A stretch of 64,000 nucleotides of DNA from Psilocybe cubensis (GCA_017499595.2 CM039001.1:2356001-2420000), one strand, 5' to 3'; numbered from the stretch's first letter, positions 26,640 to 40,123 are shown. A program made the numbers and translations. Notes: generated by a model not told the origin, from the sequence alone.

Positions 26640-27196
26640 ATGTCGTCTCGAACTCGCCAGCGCGAAGACGTTGACAGAGCATATGCTATTCAGTCACAAG
26701 CCGCGATAGCAGTCTGTCGTTTCCATTATCTCTGTTCTTGAGTCTTGAATACCCACGGTCATTCTCAAGGGGGCAGCACGTTCTACTGCTGTAGGTATTG
26801 GCTTGGCTATTATGGCGCATCACCTTTCGCCAGTGTTCAGGTGCTTTATAATAGAAGGAAAGACGGTTTATTTTCTCTCACCGATCATTTTCAGGCGCCA
26901 GACCCTTTCTTTCAAAGCATTTTTGGTATCAGGATGTACGTCACGAATGAACGAAGTAACATCGACAGACCGGAGATTGACATGAATGTGCTCCAGTTAC
27001 AATATTTGGACTTATCTTCGGTGCTGAAGCCGCATTGGTTGAACACGAAAACAATAGAAGAAGAGAGGAAAACCTTTTGCGAAGAGAAGCTCGTCTCGAC
27101 TTGGCTAGGAGAGGTTTGGTAGCAACTGAAACCGAAATAGCCAATTGGAAGGCCGACAGAGAACGTGAACGAGACATTGATAATACGTCGCTTTGA
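26640..27196 (+). CDS. Small two-TM mitochondrial-type protein resembling the Rcf2 N-terminal half / Rcf3
   Basis: Not recoverable from the ORF track. Four exons give MSSRTRQREDVDRAYAIQSQAAIA|GAARSTAVGIGLAIMAHHLSPVFR|RQTLSFKAFLVSG|FTIFGLIFGAEAALVEHENNRRREENLLRREARLDLARRGLVATETEIANWKADR...*. Confidence 0.7.
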
Positions 27197-27408
27197 TAGA
27201 CCATGGACGGAGTTCATTGGCTTTATTTTGATGGATTATGCAAAATCTTGAATCCATGGGTATTAAACATGGTATGATACTTGGTCAATTTCGTTCTCTA
27301 TATATGGATAGCTAGGGACGATGCAAAATGAAGTCCTTCTGTATGATGTCTGGGGACCGGAACGATTTTTGTAAGTTGACAATAAATTAATGATTGAATG
27401 CAGGAAGA

Positions 27409-29825
27409 TCAGTACGCCTGTGAAGTTTGCTGACCCGAATATGTGGGATTGGTGGTCTGGGCCCATTGACCATACTCATCTACAGGAGCAGGGGGTTTTG
27501 GTGGATGCCCTGGGTAAAATGTCGAAGCTTGAGAATTAACCGATGAATCCCGAAGCGGGGGTGGTGGGGGTGGTGGAGGCAGGGAGGCAGGACTGTAATA
27601 CTCCACTGGGGCAGGTGGAGGGGGAGGGGGTGGGGGGATTTGCTGCTTATAAACAGGTTGTTGATAGGTGACAGGAGGCTGAGGCAGGCTTGCTCGACGG
27701 CGTGGCTGAGATTGAAGGTTTGGAGGTGGGGGAGGTGGGGGAGGTGGTATAGGCAATTGTGCACTGTTTGAACTAACTATAGCTGCACCAGCCTGGTACT
27801 GAATCGGTGGCGGCGGAGGCGGAGGAACAGCAGCGTAATTCGCCGCAGCAGGATACATGTTGCTCGAATGTGCTATCCCAAATGCGTGATGGTTTTGTCC
27901 ACCTGCCGCTGGTAACGAGTGGGAGGTTGTAATTGGTGGCTGATTTGACTGATTCAATTGCTGTTGCTGAGGTGGCGCCTGTTGGTCCGCCGGAGGTTGC
28001 AGCTGTTGCTGGACTATCTGAGGCTGAGATGGCTGCTGCTGCTGCTGTATGGGTTGTTGAGTATAAATAACCTGGGGTTGCGGAGGTAATGGTCTGGAAG
28101 GTTGACCGTTCATTTGCGGGATTTGATTGTTCTGTTGAACTGGTAGTGGCGGAATTTCGTGAGAAGGAGAAGTGCCACCATAGAGCATCGGGGGAGCTGA
28201 ATTGGCTTGGGCAGAGACAGTTGTTTGAGAAGACACAAATTGTTGAGGGGGAGCAGAGGCAGAAGGTGGAATGCTGTATGGTGAGTAATTATACGATGGT
28301 GATGTTGAAAAAGACTGTTGAGGCTGGAATGAAAGCGAAGTTGAAGCGTGAATGTGATGTCCGTTATTTGACGGTGCGGGAGTGTGAGGTGATGAAGAAT
28401 AAACTGGTTGCGGCTGATGTTGAAATTGAGAATTGTAGTTCATTGGTGCTGGCGTGTGAGAGAGAGGAATACTAAAGCCAGAAGGTTCTGAAACATGAGA
28501 GGGTATCGTACCAAAACCCGAGGAATGGGATAATGGCATGAAACCAGAAGAAGCAGTAGGCACACTGTGCCTTGGACCACGAGCTTGAGGTTGAAAACCC
28601 GAAGATCCTATTTCATAAGAAGGATGATATGTTTGCGGGGGATAGCCATGAGATGGATTGGAAGCCGGTTGATGTGGGTGTCCAGATCCTTGTATGTTTG
28701 GTGAAACGGGGTTATCATAAGTATACGAAGACGCGAGGTCCTGTACACCTTGCTCATATGTATAGGAAGAATATGTGGTCAGGTTGGGGTGCACAAAACC
28801 CGACTGAGATTGCTGAGAGTAAGAATCAGGAACAGGCTGATTGAAAAGGTTAGTAGTGGAAAAAATGGAGATGAGATGAGATGATATAAATACCCACAGG
28901 AAAGGTTTCTCTTCTTCTTGACTGTGAAGAAACTCCAAATTCGCTGAACTCCTGGGCTAACTTATCCAGAGGGGCATTCTTGTTCCTTTCGTAAGGTGGT
29001 ACATACAAATCCAAATTTGCAGCAGAGCTGGAAGCCCTCAGAGAAGAAGGAATAACAGTCGCAGTTCCAGAAATCCTGGATTGCTCTGAAATAGGTTGAT
29101 CTCCCAGAGGAACAAAGGATCCAGGGCCTCCATACTGTTTATTATTTTTAGGTGGCTTCGGAGTAATCTTTTTCTCGGGCGGCGGTTCCTGGTTTGAACA
29201 AATCGATCAGATTAACCCGGACTAAAGTAGGTATACTCAACCAACATTCGACCAAAACGTTAATTCCAAGTAGACTTTACCCGCAAACTTATCTTTGTTC
29301 GTTAAAGTAAACCATTCTGTGTTATGAAGCGTTGAAAAATGTTTAGTAGTGGGAATTATAGTAGATACTCACCGTCTGTTTCCCCTTTGGTCAAGACTTC
29401 TGTAAGATCAACCTCAACCTCTCCAATCAGGTCTGGTTCACGGGGATCGTCCGCGTAGCATGCAACTTTCATCGTCTTTCCTCCTTTGATCTTCTTGACC
29501 TTTTTATCATCTTTTGGAGGAGGCGCTGGTGGGGTTCCAGTCCCACGGGCAGTCCGCGCTAATACATCTTCAACGTCTTCGAACAAGGTGAACCGGATTT
29601 CCTCATCCCATTCTGGATGCTGGCCTCCTCGTTTGATTGCTTTCGTTCTGCGTTTCTCGCCGTTTACCGTGACAAGGCAGTAGGGGTCTTGTTTTCCGAT
29701 GTGACGTTTGTTCGGTAGATGGTTCTAGGGGAAATCAGAAGGCGCTGGCGAACATGTGGCAGAGTGCTTACAGCCCTAAGCACCACGACGATCAAAGTAC
29801 CGATTTCACGAGGAGTTGAGGTCAT
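27409..29825 (-). CDS. INN1: C2-domain cytokinesis ingression protein Inn1/Fic1-like with Pro/Gln-rich tail
   Basis: N-terminal C2 domain IGTLIVVVLRA|NHLPNKRHIGKQDPYC...RTKAIKRGGQHPEWDEEIRF, then a long PxxP/poly-Pro tail. Confidence 0.8.
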
Positions 29826-30169
29826 TGGTGTTTTAAAATAAGGAGGGCCCTTCCTAGAGATCGTTGGGAGACAATGGCATAAAGACGGTGTTGGAGGTTG
29901 TCGGAATCGTTTCAGTTGGGCAGGCTTAAATAGCCGTGCATGTTCTAGCACCGACAGTCACGAATGCGGTAATTCATCACTTCCCCCTTATTTGGTCATG
30001 TTGTAATCATCAACTGCGCCGCGACGCGTCTGTCCAGAAATTCAAATTGAAACGCGCTTGTTGTGAAATATACTGCGGTCGCATTGTAAAAGAACCCGAA
30101 CAAGTAACTACCATGACGTACAACCTACAGAATATATTCTGGCATACTCCCATGAAATAGTGATGATCT

Positions 30170-32688
30170 CTATTTGCTATGGCCCGGCTTATAGCTCTTA
30201 TTCTGCTTCAAAATAAGACCCGGTTTTCTGTCGGCTAAATCCAGAATCATCTCTGCAAAATAGCTGTTTGCCCAAGCAAACCAACTCCTGGTGTACGATG
30301 TAGGGTCGTAAATAGATTGCGACTCGTGTATGAGACCCAGTCCGTTCGTATTCTAAGTAGGAATCAGTTTTGGCTTCGAAAAGGCAATCCAACGCGAATT
30401 CTCACATTAGCAATGAGATAAAGATGTTGAAGAATTTCTGCATCATCATCAGTGCCAAAAATCGCAGAGATATGCGACATTGGCCTGGGGGGGATTGTCA
30501 TTGATATGTAGTAAAACATGAGGTGTTAAGCACAAACCAAGGGTGCCACGCATCAACGTGAGGTCCTCTAAATTTATGTTTATCAACATATTCAACACAT
30601 AAGAGACAATAAAAGCGTACCCAATTCCGTTGAATTTTTGGCCAGCGGCATAATACGGGTTTCCTTTGGAGAGAAGAAGCTTCCTTGTTGCAACATAGGC
30701 CGGATGTTGTTTATCCAAAAAGCCAAGGTAAGGGAGGGATAGAAGTGACTGGCCACGAGAAGCTGTTATTCAGGTCCTAACAAGGCGACTTGAGGAACGA
30801 CTTACTGGCACATTGGCGTCATCCATAACGTATCTTCCACCGAAACCTGCCGAGTTGGAACATGAATAATTTCTCTTGAATAATCAGAGGCTACAATAAC
30901 ACTGACCATTGGTTTCGTATGCAAAAATGTTATCTACAACCTGTCCCCAGCCATATTAAGTTTGACAAGTAAGGTAGAAAAGATAAGATTCGAACCGTCG
31001 TTTTCCATATAGCATCTTCGATCCTAGCGCTCCATTCTTTGGCTTGTTGACTAACATTGCGAAGTTGGCCAGTGCTATCCAATAAGTGCGCCAAATTCGT
31101 CAACTCCACGCTCAACATGGCATTGGCGGGAGTAAGGAAAGCTGAGGAATGTGTCTAGCTAGTATATAGGTTGCGAATGAGGCATCACTGACCAAAAACA
31201 CTGATATCATCCGAAGGCCGATGGTGCGTTCCAACTAAACCGGTGTAGGCCTTGGGCTCGCCATTACCCCCGTTGTCAACAGCAGGTGATAGTGCATGGT
31301 TTCCACCAGTCCAATTGTAGTAAGAGATAAAATTGAAGTTCTCGTCAAAGGAACCCTGCGATTGCTCATTGATGACACGGAAAATCTGATCTATTGCATC
31401 GCGCCCTAAAATCATTTTCAGCTTTGTGGGCATCACATCTAAATGCATTTACTTACAGTTTGCGTTCATGAATGAAGAGTCCCCTGTGGCATTGTAATAG
31501 GACCTCGAGAGTTTCAAGAAGCCGCATAGGGAATCTAATTCATACTATATCATGATGAGTATAGTGAGACGGTGTGTGAATTGACAAATCACCTTGCATT
31601 CAAACACTGTTTGATTATTCACAGGTCTAGGGTCACAATCCTGTCAGCCGGAATGAGCCATTATCAGAGATATGAGTGACTTGCGGGTTGACTGTTACGC
31701 CGTCTGCCCAATCATTATGGGAAGGGGCAAGCCCACTCTCTGGCGGGGGCTGGAAAGAGCCGCCTGAGGGTATATTTAGATCCAGACAGGTAGCAGGTAT
31801 CACTGACTCTTACAGTAGGGGTATTGAGCCACGTAGCGTGCTTCGTTGTTTATCACAGCTTTCACGAGTGTTGCGAGATCTGGATCGACTGAGAGCAACG
31901 AATGATAATGTGCGAACTGCAATAACCAGTTAGAACGTTCTAAGATAAAAAAACAACAATGTATACTGACCTGATTGGCAGTATCACGAAGCCACTGAGC
32001 TCTATCATGAAGGATTCATTTCGTTGAGACTAGGTCGGTTTGTCTACATAACTCACGTAATATCCTGAGTCGAGAAAAAAAGGTCAGATAGGATTCAAAC
32101 AAAAAATGATGGACTCGAACAAACCCCAGTAATGATGAAGGCCAAGTTCTCCGACTGCAAAGCATTTCAGTCAAGATCATAAAATTATAAATTTTGTTTT
32201 TGAATGGACCTTGCTGAAGTATTTAACAGTGGTATCTAGATAGTTATTATTTTAGATTTTTGGAGTCGCTTCGGAGCTTCGAGAAAAAGAAGGCACATAC
32301 CCAGTGTATTGGGGAAAGTGTTTTCAAACAGCCTTGCCAGGTCGGGGTCTTTAAGCAGAGATTTCATATCCGTTATTACTTTCTACAGGCAGAGCCTTGA
32401 ATATGAATGAGTTGATAAGACAATCCAGGGTCACTCACCTCGACAGCGGTGCTATTGAATGTACGACATGCAGGTGCTGGCCTCATGTAGGGTAAAGCCA
32501 AAGGACCCGAAGAAACAGGGTCGTGAGGCATCTGCAATCATTAGAGTGAGAAATTTGCCCTATATGTTTTTTACAATGAAAAGATTCACCTGCGAGTAGG
32601 TGGTATAATCAGGGCATTGCGCCAGAGATTCAGACACGAGAAATGATGCTGTCAGAGCAAGCTTGAAAGGACTCAAACCCAAACGCAT
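30170..32688 (-). CDS. Secreted glycoside hydrolase family 125 (exo-alpha-1,6-mannosidase / Mug157-like)
   Basis: Signal peptide then CPDYTTYSQ, LPYMRPAPACRTFNS, LFENTFPNTLD, THHRPSDD, MDDANVPSLLSLPYLG and IHES...YTRSWFAWANSYFAEMILDL. Confidence 0.9.
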
Positions 32689-33585
32689 TGTGAACGAGTT
32701 CAAAATTAGTTGGAGTGGCCGGGCGCAGACTTGCACACTAAACACACTCCAGAGAGCTTTTAAGAGCTCCACAACGGACTCCACGTAATTAGAAGGATCA
32801 AAGAACATGTGTAACGTTCTGCGAGACAAGGCCCGTGTGTGGGCCGCGGTTCACAAGACCAAGTTGCATGCGTCAGAGTCGAGAATAAATGTTGGGATTT
32901 AGAGATGCTGAAAGGTAACCAATGCTTCTATAGCTTCTTGACACTACGAATTCCGATTCAGGTCAATCTCGAACTTCGAATGCATGGAACGGGTATGTCC
33001 AACCAGAGATCCAGCGCACGCACGAGGTGAAGCAGAGGGAATAGTGAAGTTGAGTACGATATTGTGAGGTTGACGAAATTTACTATGAACGTCGACTATA
33101 GGATGCTTGGTAAATTTGGGTCGATCAAAAGTAAAAGGCGTAGAAAGGTCAAGGGAGGCGGACCGATGAATGTCGTAAGCCATAAGTCAACTGCCGGTCG
33201 TTGACGTCGAACTTCGCCTGACATTAAATGTGCTGCTTGATCATGTGGACAAAATATGTTCGTAAGGACCCTCCATCACCTTCTGATTGATTTTATAAAA
33301 AGATAAAAAAGGGATCATTATTTATGCATGGATTTCGCACAAAGTGATTGTAGAGGTATCTGAAGGCAAGTTTGATGAAAAAAATATACATCCGCCAAGA
33401 AGAGGTAATGCGACAAGATAGAAAACGATTATGTGCAGTACAAAAAGTCAAGGTACACAGAAAGTTGAAACGAGAACGAGTACATGCATAAAACAGCGTA
33501 AGGCTGAACAGAGATAGCAGATTGATCCATAGTCATTGAGTCTGGCTAATCATATAAAACAAAGCGTTCCTTCCCGAAGGCACAA

Positions 33586-35277
33586 CTATTTTTCAATAGG
33601 TTGTTCTGGTCGAGAAGCTGGTTCGACATCTGCAGATGTTACAGGGTGTGCAATAGTTTCAGTAGACGCCCGCGGAACTGAGAGGATGGTGATTAGATCA
33701 GACTTCTCGTTGACCGCAGTAGACACAATGGACGACTCTGTCTTTGGTATATGTTCATCCTCCTTAGCAGGCGAAGACGGTTTTTCAATCGATATACGGA
33801 CTTCTTCGTGTGGCAATTCTATTGGAGACTCCACTTTGTCAGACTGATCTCCTTCTCCAGTGCAATCATCCTGGGTTTGATCGTCCGCAGTCTCGTAGGT
33901 TTCTCCATTTTCGGTGCTAAAGCCACCTGTACGAACGCTGTTTGAAGTCCACAGACTGCGTTCCCTTGCTAACGACGGTGTCCCAGGACCTTGAACCCTA
34001 GCACTCCATCGACTCGCCTCGCTTTCCCAACTTCCTCTCCTCGAACTTCTAGGTCTGAGAGCTCGGACGCTAGCGTCAAAGTCCTTTTCTTCGAGCCTCT
34101 CGTCATCTCCGGGAACGTAGGCACTTTCAGCATCAGCGAACATTATGCTCCCGCCATAATGGGAAACCGAGTCTCCAATGGCCGATGGAGGATAATTTGG
34201 GTTTCCAGGACGGTTCGGAATCCCAAAGGCTGACGAAGCCAATGTCAAAACTGAAGCGTTATCGAGGGGAGGTGATGAAGGGCGTGGGTTATTCCGCGGA
34301 TGATGATAGGTGTGGAGAGGAGCCTGTACAGATGACACCTGCCCATTATTGTATGTCGAAGTCTGCTGTAGATTAAGACTGATAGATCCTACACTACCGG
34401 GATTGCGTAAGGAGGCAGGGCGAGATGATGGCTGAGCGGTTGGGAGAGATGAAAAGGCGATGGACCCAGCGCTGCCGAGGAGGCCTGCACTGCTCAATGA
34501 TGAAGACTGCCGAACATGAGGCGTCAGCCTGTTTATATGGATAGGCGGCGGAGTCGGTGCTTGAGCGATGTGTGCCATACCGTTGCCGTTCAAGTCGATG
34601 CTCAGCAGGGTTGTTGGTTTAGTACTGGCTGCCATGCTTCGGAATGTTCGAGGATCAGAAAGGTATGAAGAAGATGACCGTGAAGGAGAAGGAGAAGGCG
34701 GTGAACTGGGTGGTATTGGTCGAACGGATGCATCATCGTCAGCTTCCAAGGCACTCGCAGGCGACCAGATGGACTCTCGGTTCAATGATGACTGGTCTAT
34801 TGAGACATCGTCCTCGGGAAATTGGTTAGATTCACGAAGTTCTTCGTCTCCGTATAAGGATATCGACCGAGTCTTGCGCCTCGCCAAAGAGGCAGCATCC
34901 GCCCTTGTCTGTTGTTTCAAATAATGGGATGTCTGTACAGGCAATGGCGAAGAAGTTATGCGATTGATCTGTCGTCCAGAATTGATGCTGCTACGGCCAA
35001 CACCAAGGTCTGCAATCCTCAAAGGCACATTTTCTGTCCGTTTGGGCTTTCCAGACCCTGCCAACTTGCGCTGAAACCAATTGATGATCGGTTTACTGGA
35101 CCGCCGGGGAACTTTCTTCTGAGCGTTTTGCTTTGCTGCAGTGAGAATAGGGGGTGGAGCTGTGGTGATGAGAGCTTGCTTTTCGGAGCGCATGTTTGTA
35201 GCAGAAGGTGCGTCTTTGTGTGCTGGTTTATGGCCTTTGCCATCCACATGAGATGAGGTAGGTAAGACGGCAGACAT
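33586..35277 (-). CDS. Hypothetical Ser-rich protein, 563 aa, intronless
   Basis: Long ORF with motif-like islands KPIINWFQRKL, ASTKPTTLLSID, HHPRNNPRPSSPPLDNASVLTLASS and RRGSWESEASRWS. No catalytic domain recognised. Confidence 0.75.
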   Translation of the reverse strand: MSAVLPTSSHVDGKGHKPAHKDAPSATNMRSEKQALITTAPPPILTAAKQNAQKKVPRRSSKPIINWFQRKLAGSGKPKRTENVPLRIADLGVGRSSINSGRQINRITSSPLPVQTSHYLKQQTRADAASLARRKTRSISLYGDEELRESNQFPEDDVSIDQSSLNRESIWSPASALEADDDASVRPIPPSSPPSPSPSRSSSSYLSDPRTFRSMAASTKPTTLLSIDLNGNGMAHIAQAPTPPPIHINRLTPHVRQSSSLSSAGLLGSAGSIAFSSLPTAQPSSRPASLRNPGSVGSISLNLQQTSTYNNGQVSSVQAPLHTYHHPRNNPRPSSPPLDNASVLTLASSAFGIPNRPGNPNYPPSAIGDSVSHYGGSIMFADAESAYVPGDDERLEEKDFDASVRALRPRSSRRGSWESEASRWSARVQGPGTPSLARERSLWTSNSVRTGGFSTENGETYETADDQTQDDCTGEGDQSDKVESPIELPHEEVRISIEKPSSPAKEDEHIPKTESSIVSTAVNEKSDLITILSVPRASTETIAHPVTSADVEPASRPEQPIEK

Positions 35278-35527
35278 GGTAGTTTATATATTTGAAAATG
35301 TCGGGAATCAAGAACGTCGGAACAGAGGGCGTCAAATGGCGCGCTGGAAAGTGTTTGTGACCGTTGGTAGTCAAGGTGGCACGAAATAGAATTGACTTGA
35401 CTAATTTAGCTCACCATCATGTTGGCCTGCGCCAACACCCCGATTCAGCCTCCGCAATTCACCCGATGAAAAATGTATTATAATAAGTAGATACAAATGC
35501 GTACAAGTACAAATCCTAATATTGCGT

Positions 35528-38196
35528 TCACCACTCTGTCTTTTTTGTTTTTCTCACTGGCCCGACTGGAATCTTCTTGTCTGCGTAGCCGAATCCATTC
35601 AGCCAGGGCCACATTTCAGTTCTCCTCTGTTCAAACTGGCTGATCGCTTCCCCTCGCTGCATTGTCAAAGCAATATCATCCAGGCCATTCAGCAAGCAAT
35701 GTCTGCGGAACGCATCAGTAGTAAAGGGGATCGGTGGCTGGCCGTTGACTCGTCGAATCTCCTCCTTTTCTAGATCAACTTCTAGATCAAGACCGGCTTC
35801 AGCGTCTTTGGCCAATTCGATGCACTGCTCCTGAGGAATCGTGACTGGCAACATTCCATTCTGCATTGAGTTGTTGCGGAAGATATCAGCAAAGCTAGGA
35901 GCGATGACGCATCGAATTCCAAAGTCATTCCTGCGAACACTGTTAATGACAAGTACGAGCGGGAAACGATTAAGGTACGTACAAACTCCATGGCGCGTGC
36001 TCACGAGAACTACCACAACCGAAATTGTGACCAGTGCAAACTAGAATCTTCGCTTTGTTGTAAGGGGCACGGTTGAGAATGAAATCGGTTTCTTTGCCAG
36101 TATGGGGATCCCTGCGGAGTGTGTAAAACAGGGCGTCGGCCAACCCAGTCCTTTTCAGAGTTTTCAAGAATTGTTTGGGAATAATCATATCGGTATCGAC
36201 ATTTTCAATGTGCAAGGGCGCAGCAATACCCTTCACGACCACAAACTTTTCAACGGAAGATGGTGAGGAAGCAGATGGTAATGACGAGGAGGATGAATCC
36301 GTGGATGCTTCAGGTGTAGGCGAAGCGGTTGCATCGTCCATGAAGTTAAATTCGCTGACGGTCTTCAGTGGTGGTGCAGCAGCAATGTGAGCTTCGGCAA
36401 CCTTTCCAATAAACTTTCGGACGTCGGTCAGTTTCCCAGTGATAGCGGCGGCGGCAGCCATTGCAGGACTGAGGAGATGTGTTCGGCCTCCGGCACCCTG
36501 GCGACCTTCGAAATTTCGATTGCTGGTGCTTGCACAGCGTTCTCCAGGAGCCAACTGATCAGGGTTCATACCCAGGCACATAGAGCATCCAGCCTCGCGC
36601 CAGTCGAAGCCAGCCCTCTTGAAAATGACGTCCAATCCCTCAGCCTCGGCGTGTTGCTTGATGAGACCGGAGCCTGGAACAACCATTGCGTGGACGTTGG
36701 GTGCAACTTTTGCATCAGGACCAGCGGCCAGAATGACTTTCACTGCTGAACGGAGATCTTCAATGCGACTGTTGGTGCATGATCCAATGAAGACTTTGTC
36801 GATTGTGATCTCTTCCATTGGCGTATTGGGTTCGAGACCCATGTAGGCCAACGAGCGTTGAGCTGAAGCACGCTTAACAGGATCGGACATGGTTGATGGG
36901 TCTGGAACACGGCCAGTGATAGGGACTACATCTTGAGGTGAAGTTCCCCAAGTGACGGTAGGGATGATCTCAGAAGCAGGGATGTTGACTTCGATGTCGA
37001 ATTTGGCGCCCTCGTCAGTTTTCAGAGTTTTCCAGTAGGCAACTGCCCGGTCCCATTCTTCACCCTTGGGAGCGAGGGGGCGACCTTGAAGGTATTTGAA
37101 AGTCACCTCGTCGGGAGCAACCATGCCGGCGCGAGCACCAGCCTCAATGCTCATGTTGCAAACGCTCATTCGAGCCTCCATGCTGAAGCCTCGGAAAACT
37201 GAGCCGGCATATTCAATGACACAACCAGTACCTCCAGCTGTACCAATAACGCCAATAATGTGAAGAATCACGTCCTTGGACGTAACGCCTTCATGAAGCT
37301 CCCCGTCGACAGTAATTCGCATGTTTTTGCCCTTTTTCTGCAGGAGTGTCTGCGTAGCGAGGACATGCTCGACCTCTGATGTACCGATACCGAATGCGAG
37401 TGATCCAAAGGCGCCATGTGCTGTAAAAAAGAGATGAGCGGTTGAGCTGTGATTAAAGGAACCTACAAAACGTACTTGAAGTATGTGAGTCACCGCAGAC
37501 GCAAGTGATTCCAGGGAGCTACCAAAAAGGCAATTGATTAGCATTCTAGACACGCCGAGGATAAAACCATGACGCACTGTAAAACCTTGCTCAGGACCAA
37601 TAACATGAACAATACCTTGTCTTCGGTCTTTCATTCCGAAATATGTTAATCCGAATTCTTTCACATTGTCTTCCAAAGCAGCGCACTGCGCACGGGAGTC
37701 TGGCTCAGAGATGAAAGTCTCGACGGACTTGAAATTTTTACGGGATACAGTTCTAGAGAGGTCATTAGGGAGTCACTGGAGCTCTAAGAATAGCAGGCGT
37801 ACGGGACGTTGTGGTCCACAGTCGCTAGAGTGCAATCAGGCCTACGAACGGGGCGACCAGCGGTGCGGCTGTTGGGGTAGAATGAGATAATGGATCACAG
37901 TAGGAGCAAACAACACACACAGTCCCTCAAATGCTTGCGGACTTGTAACTTCATGTACGAGGTGACTATACAGTTGGCAGCGTCAGTGAACAATGCGCAT
38001 CAGACATAAACTATAGATAGAAAATACCGGTCGATATATACAAGCGCTAAACCGTCCTCGTTGACATCGCTTTCAAAAAGGAAGGCCGGAGTGAGTACGA
38101 ACGTCAAGGCACAGAATTGATGATGGCAACATACACAACATGATCGTCCCAGATTTTGTCGTAGAGAGTACGAGGAGGAGTAACGGCGACTGGCAT
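35528..38196 (-). CDS. LEU1: 3-isopropylmalate dehydratase (fused large and small subunits)
   Basis: [87 protein letters not shown] and [13 protein letters not shown]. Confidence 0.98.
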
Positions 38197-38743
38197 TTGT
38201 GAAGAATAGACTAGGAAATGATACAATGGGACCTGGTAGATAGCAAGGGTCAGGATTGCATATTGAACGACGGCTTTTTAAAGAGTCGGAGTCGAGCATC
38301 AAGTATGGTACATCTTTCGGCCGAAAAAGTCTCGGACTTGCTTCCTGCCAACTTTAGCAATACCCAATCCCGGCTCATATCTCTGTCATGAAATATCCAG
38401 CGGTTCTCCTCCAAACCATTTGTAAACGCTCATTGCGCTACTCACTTCCGTTTCCATTCTAGCTCATTCCAGAGCACCCCTTTCTACCATTTCGTCCGAC
38501 TCCCTAGCAATTAGTGAGGATCAAATCATTTCACAGTATGCGCTCATTAGTGTACCCCAGTATTCGGCCCCTGAGTCCGACCCAACTTTACCCTGTCAAC
38601 TCCAGTCTTCATTTTAGTTCAAGCTAAATAAAGACATGACGCGCGTGGGGTACAGCTATGCAAAAGAATAGAGCGCACAACAAGGTTTCAAATCGCGACA
38701 AAGCAAGATAACAAAAAAAGGAGAGTTGTTGTAACGAGTGTCT

Positions 38744-40123
38744 TTACATATTTTTGGCGCTCCAAGATTCAATCGCTTTGTCTAGTTCGACGAACAGATC
38801 AAGAACTATCTTCGGGTATACGATACGTCTGTCTCCTCGCTGCACTCGCCTACTTGTCTGACAGGCTGCACCGTGTCGGATACGAGAGGCCCAATTTCCC
38901 GATTTCGGAGATGAATGATGCAAAGGACTGTCTATCGGTGCAAATTCTATCGACCCTGAAGAACTAACGCTGAACGGATCCTCCAATATACGACAAGGGA
39001 CGGCTTGGTCATCCAGATAGGCATCCAAAAGACGAAATTCCGGACAAATTGTCCTATCGTTATCTGCTTGAACGATATCAGACGCGGCGCCTTGTACAAG
39101 CTCACTCTTCTGGTCGCTGATCGCTTCGTGAAGCACCTGTTGCGGATCAGGATTCACAGGCCCAGACGAAGCTAGTCTGTCGAAGTAAGGAAGAAACAGT
39201 GGAGGAGTGCGCAAAGCATGTCTTTTCTCTGATCGCGGGTTGGCACTGTCGAAGACAGGCGCCTCCTTGTCTTCTTCATCTGCACCCTCACGTCCCGAAT
39301 CAGGGTCCAAAGAAAGGTATCCAAGACTAGAGAATTTTGACGCGTGCGTTTTGTAGCGTCCTGAGATATATAAAGATTGGGAAATAGTATGTGTAGAGGT
39401 CGAGCTGAAAGAATTATTCAAAGACTTTTGCGACGAAAAATTCGAGATTACAGCGGGACTTGCTGGGTTAGTCCGGTTCGATGACAGTTGCGGAAGAGAA
39501 GAGGACTTTATGTCGACTACATTCAATTCCACCTCAGAGAGCATAGCGTTTCTTTCGGCTGAGGGAGTTTCCGACGACACGGAAGTCTTAATTTCAAAAG
39601 AATCTAACGCTTTGACATTGGCCTCTGTCCCAGCTTCTGAGTGACGATTTTCCTTGCCGTAGATAGAACATAGAGGCCGAACAGACGGCGAAGAAGTCAT
39701 TGTCTTAGTGTGTGAGGTCATGAATTTCTTGGAGCTCGGAGTGCGCAGATAGCTCACTGGCGTAGTGGGAACCACTAGTCGACCGGACTCGAGCTCAGTC
39801 CGAGAGAGCGCATCTTTAGTTATATCGCGCAATGGGACGACTTGAAATCGATGAGATTTCGTATCCCGCACGGCCACACGCGTTTTCATTGTAATCCTGA
39901 CATGATCCCCAGAACTAGCATCTGAATTGAAAGAGCAGAGCTTGCCACTCTCCTGAAGCCCAAGCCCAAGACCAGACTCGATACCAGAACCAATAGCAGG
40001 ACTCGAACGACCAGACAAGGAGGGCGACAAGCCTGGAGCATGCAACAAATTGTTTTGGGCCAAAGTGTTGACAAGAGTTTCCCGAGACACAGCAGAGGAG
40101 GCAGAGTAGGTATCGCAAGACAT
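38744..40123 (-). CDS. Hypothetical Ser-rich protein (~459 aa, intronless)
   Basis: Long stop-free ORF with first ATG at 40123 (MSCDTYSASS). Amphipathic C-terminal helix IVLDLFVELDKAIESW. No domain recognised. Confidence 0.65.
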   Translation of the reverse strand: MSCDTYSASSAVSRETLVNTLAQNNLLHAPGLSPSLSGRSSPAIGSGIESGLGLGLQESGKLCSFNSDASSGDHVRITMKTRVAVRDTKSHRFQVVPLRDITKDALSRTELESGRLVVPTTPVSYLRTPSSKKFMTSHTKTMTSSPSVRPLCSIYGKENRHSEAGTEANVKALDSFEIKTSVSSETPSAERNAMLSEVELNVVDIKSSSLPQLSSNRTNPASPAVISNFSSQKSLNNSFSSTSTHTISQSLYISGRYKTHASKFSSLGYLSLDPDSGREGADEEDKEAPVFDSANPRSEKRHALRTPPLFLPYFDRLASSGPVNPDPQQVLHEAISDQKSELVQGAASDIVQADNDRTICPEFRLLDAYLDDQAVPCRILEDPFSVSSSGSIEFAPIDSPLHHSSPKSGNWASRIRHGAACQTSRRVQRGDRRIVYPKIVLDLFVELDKAIESWSAKNM

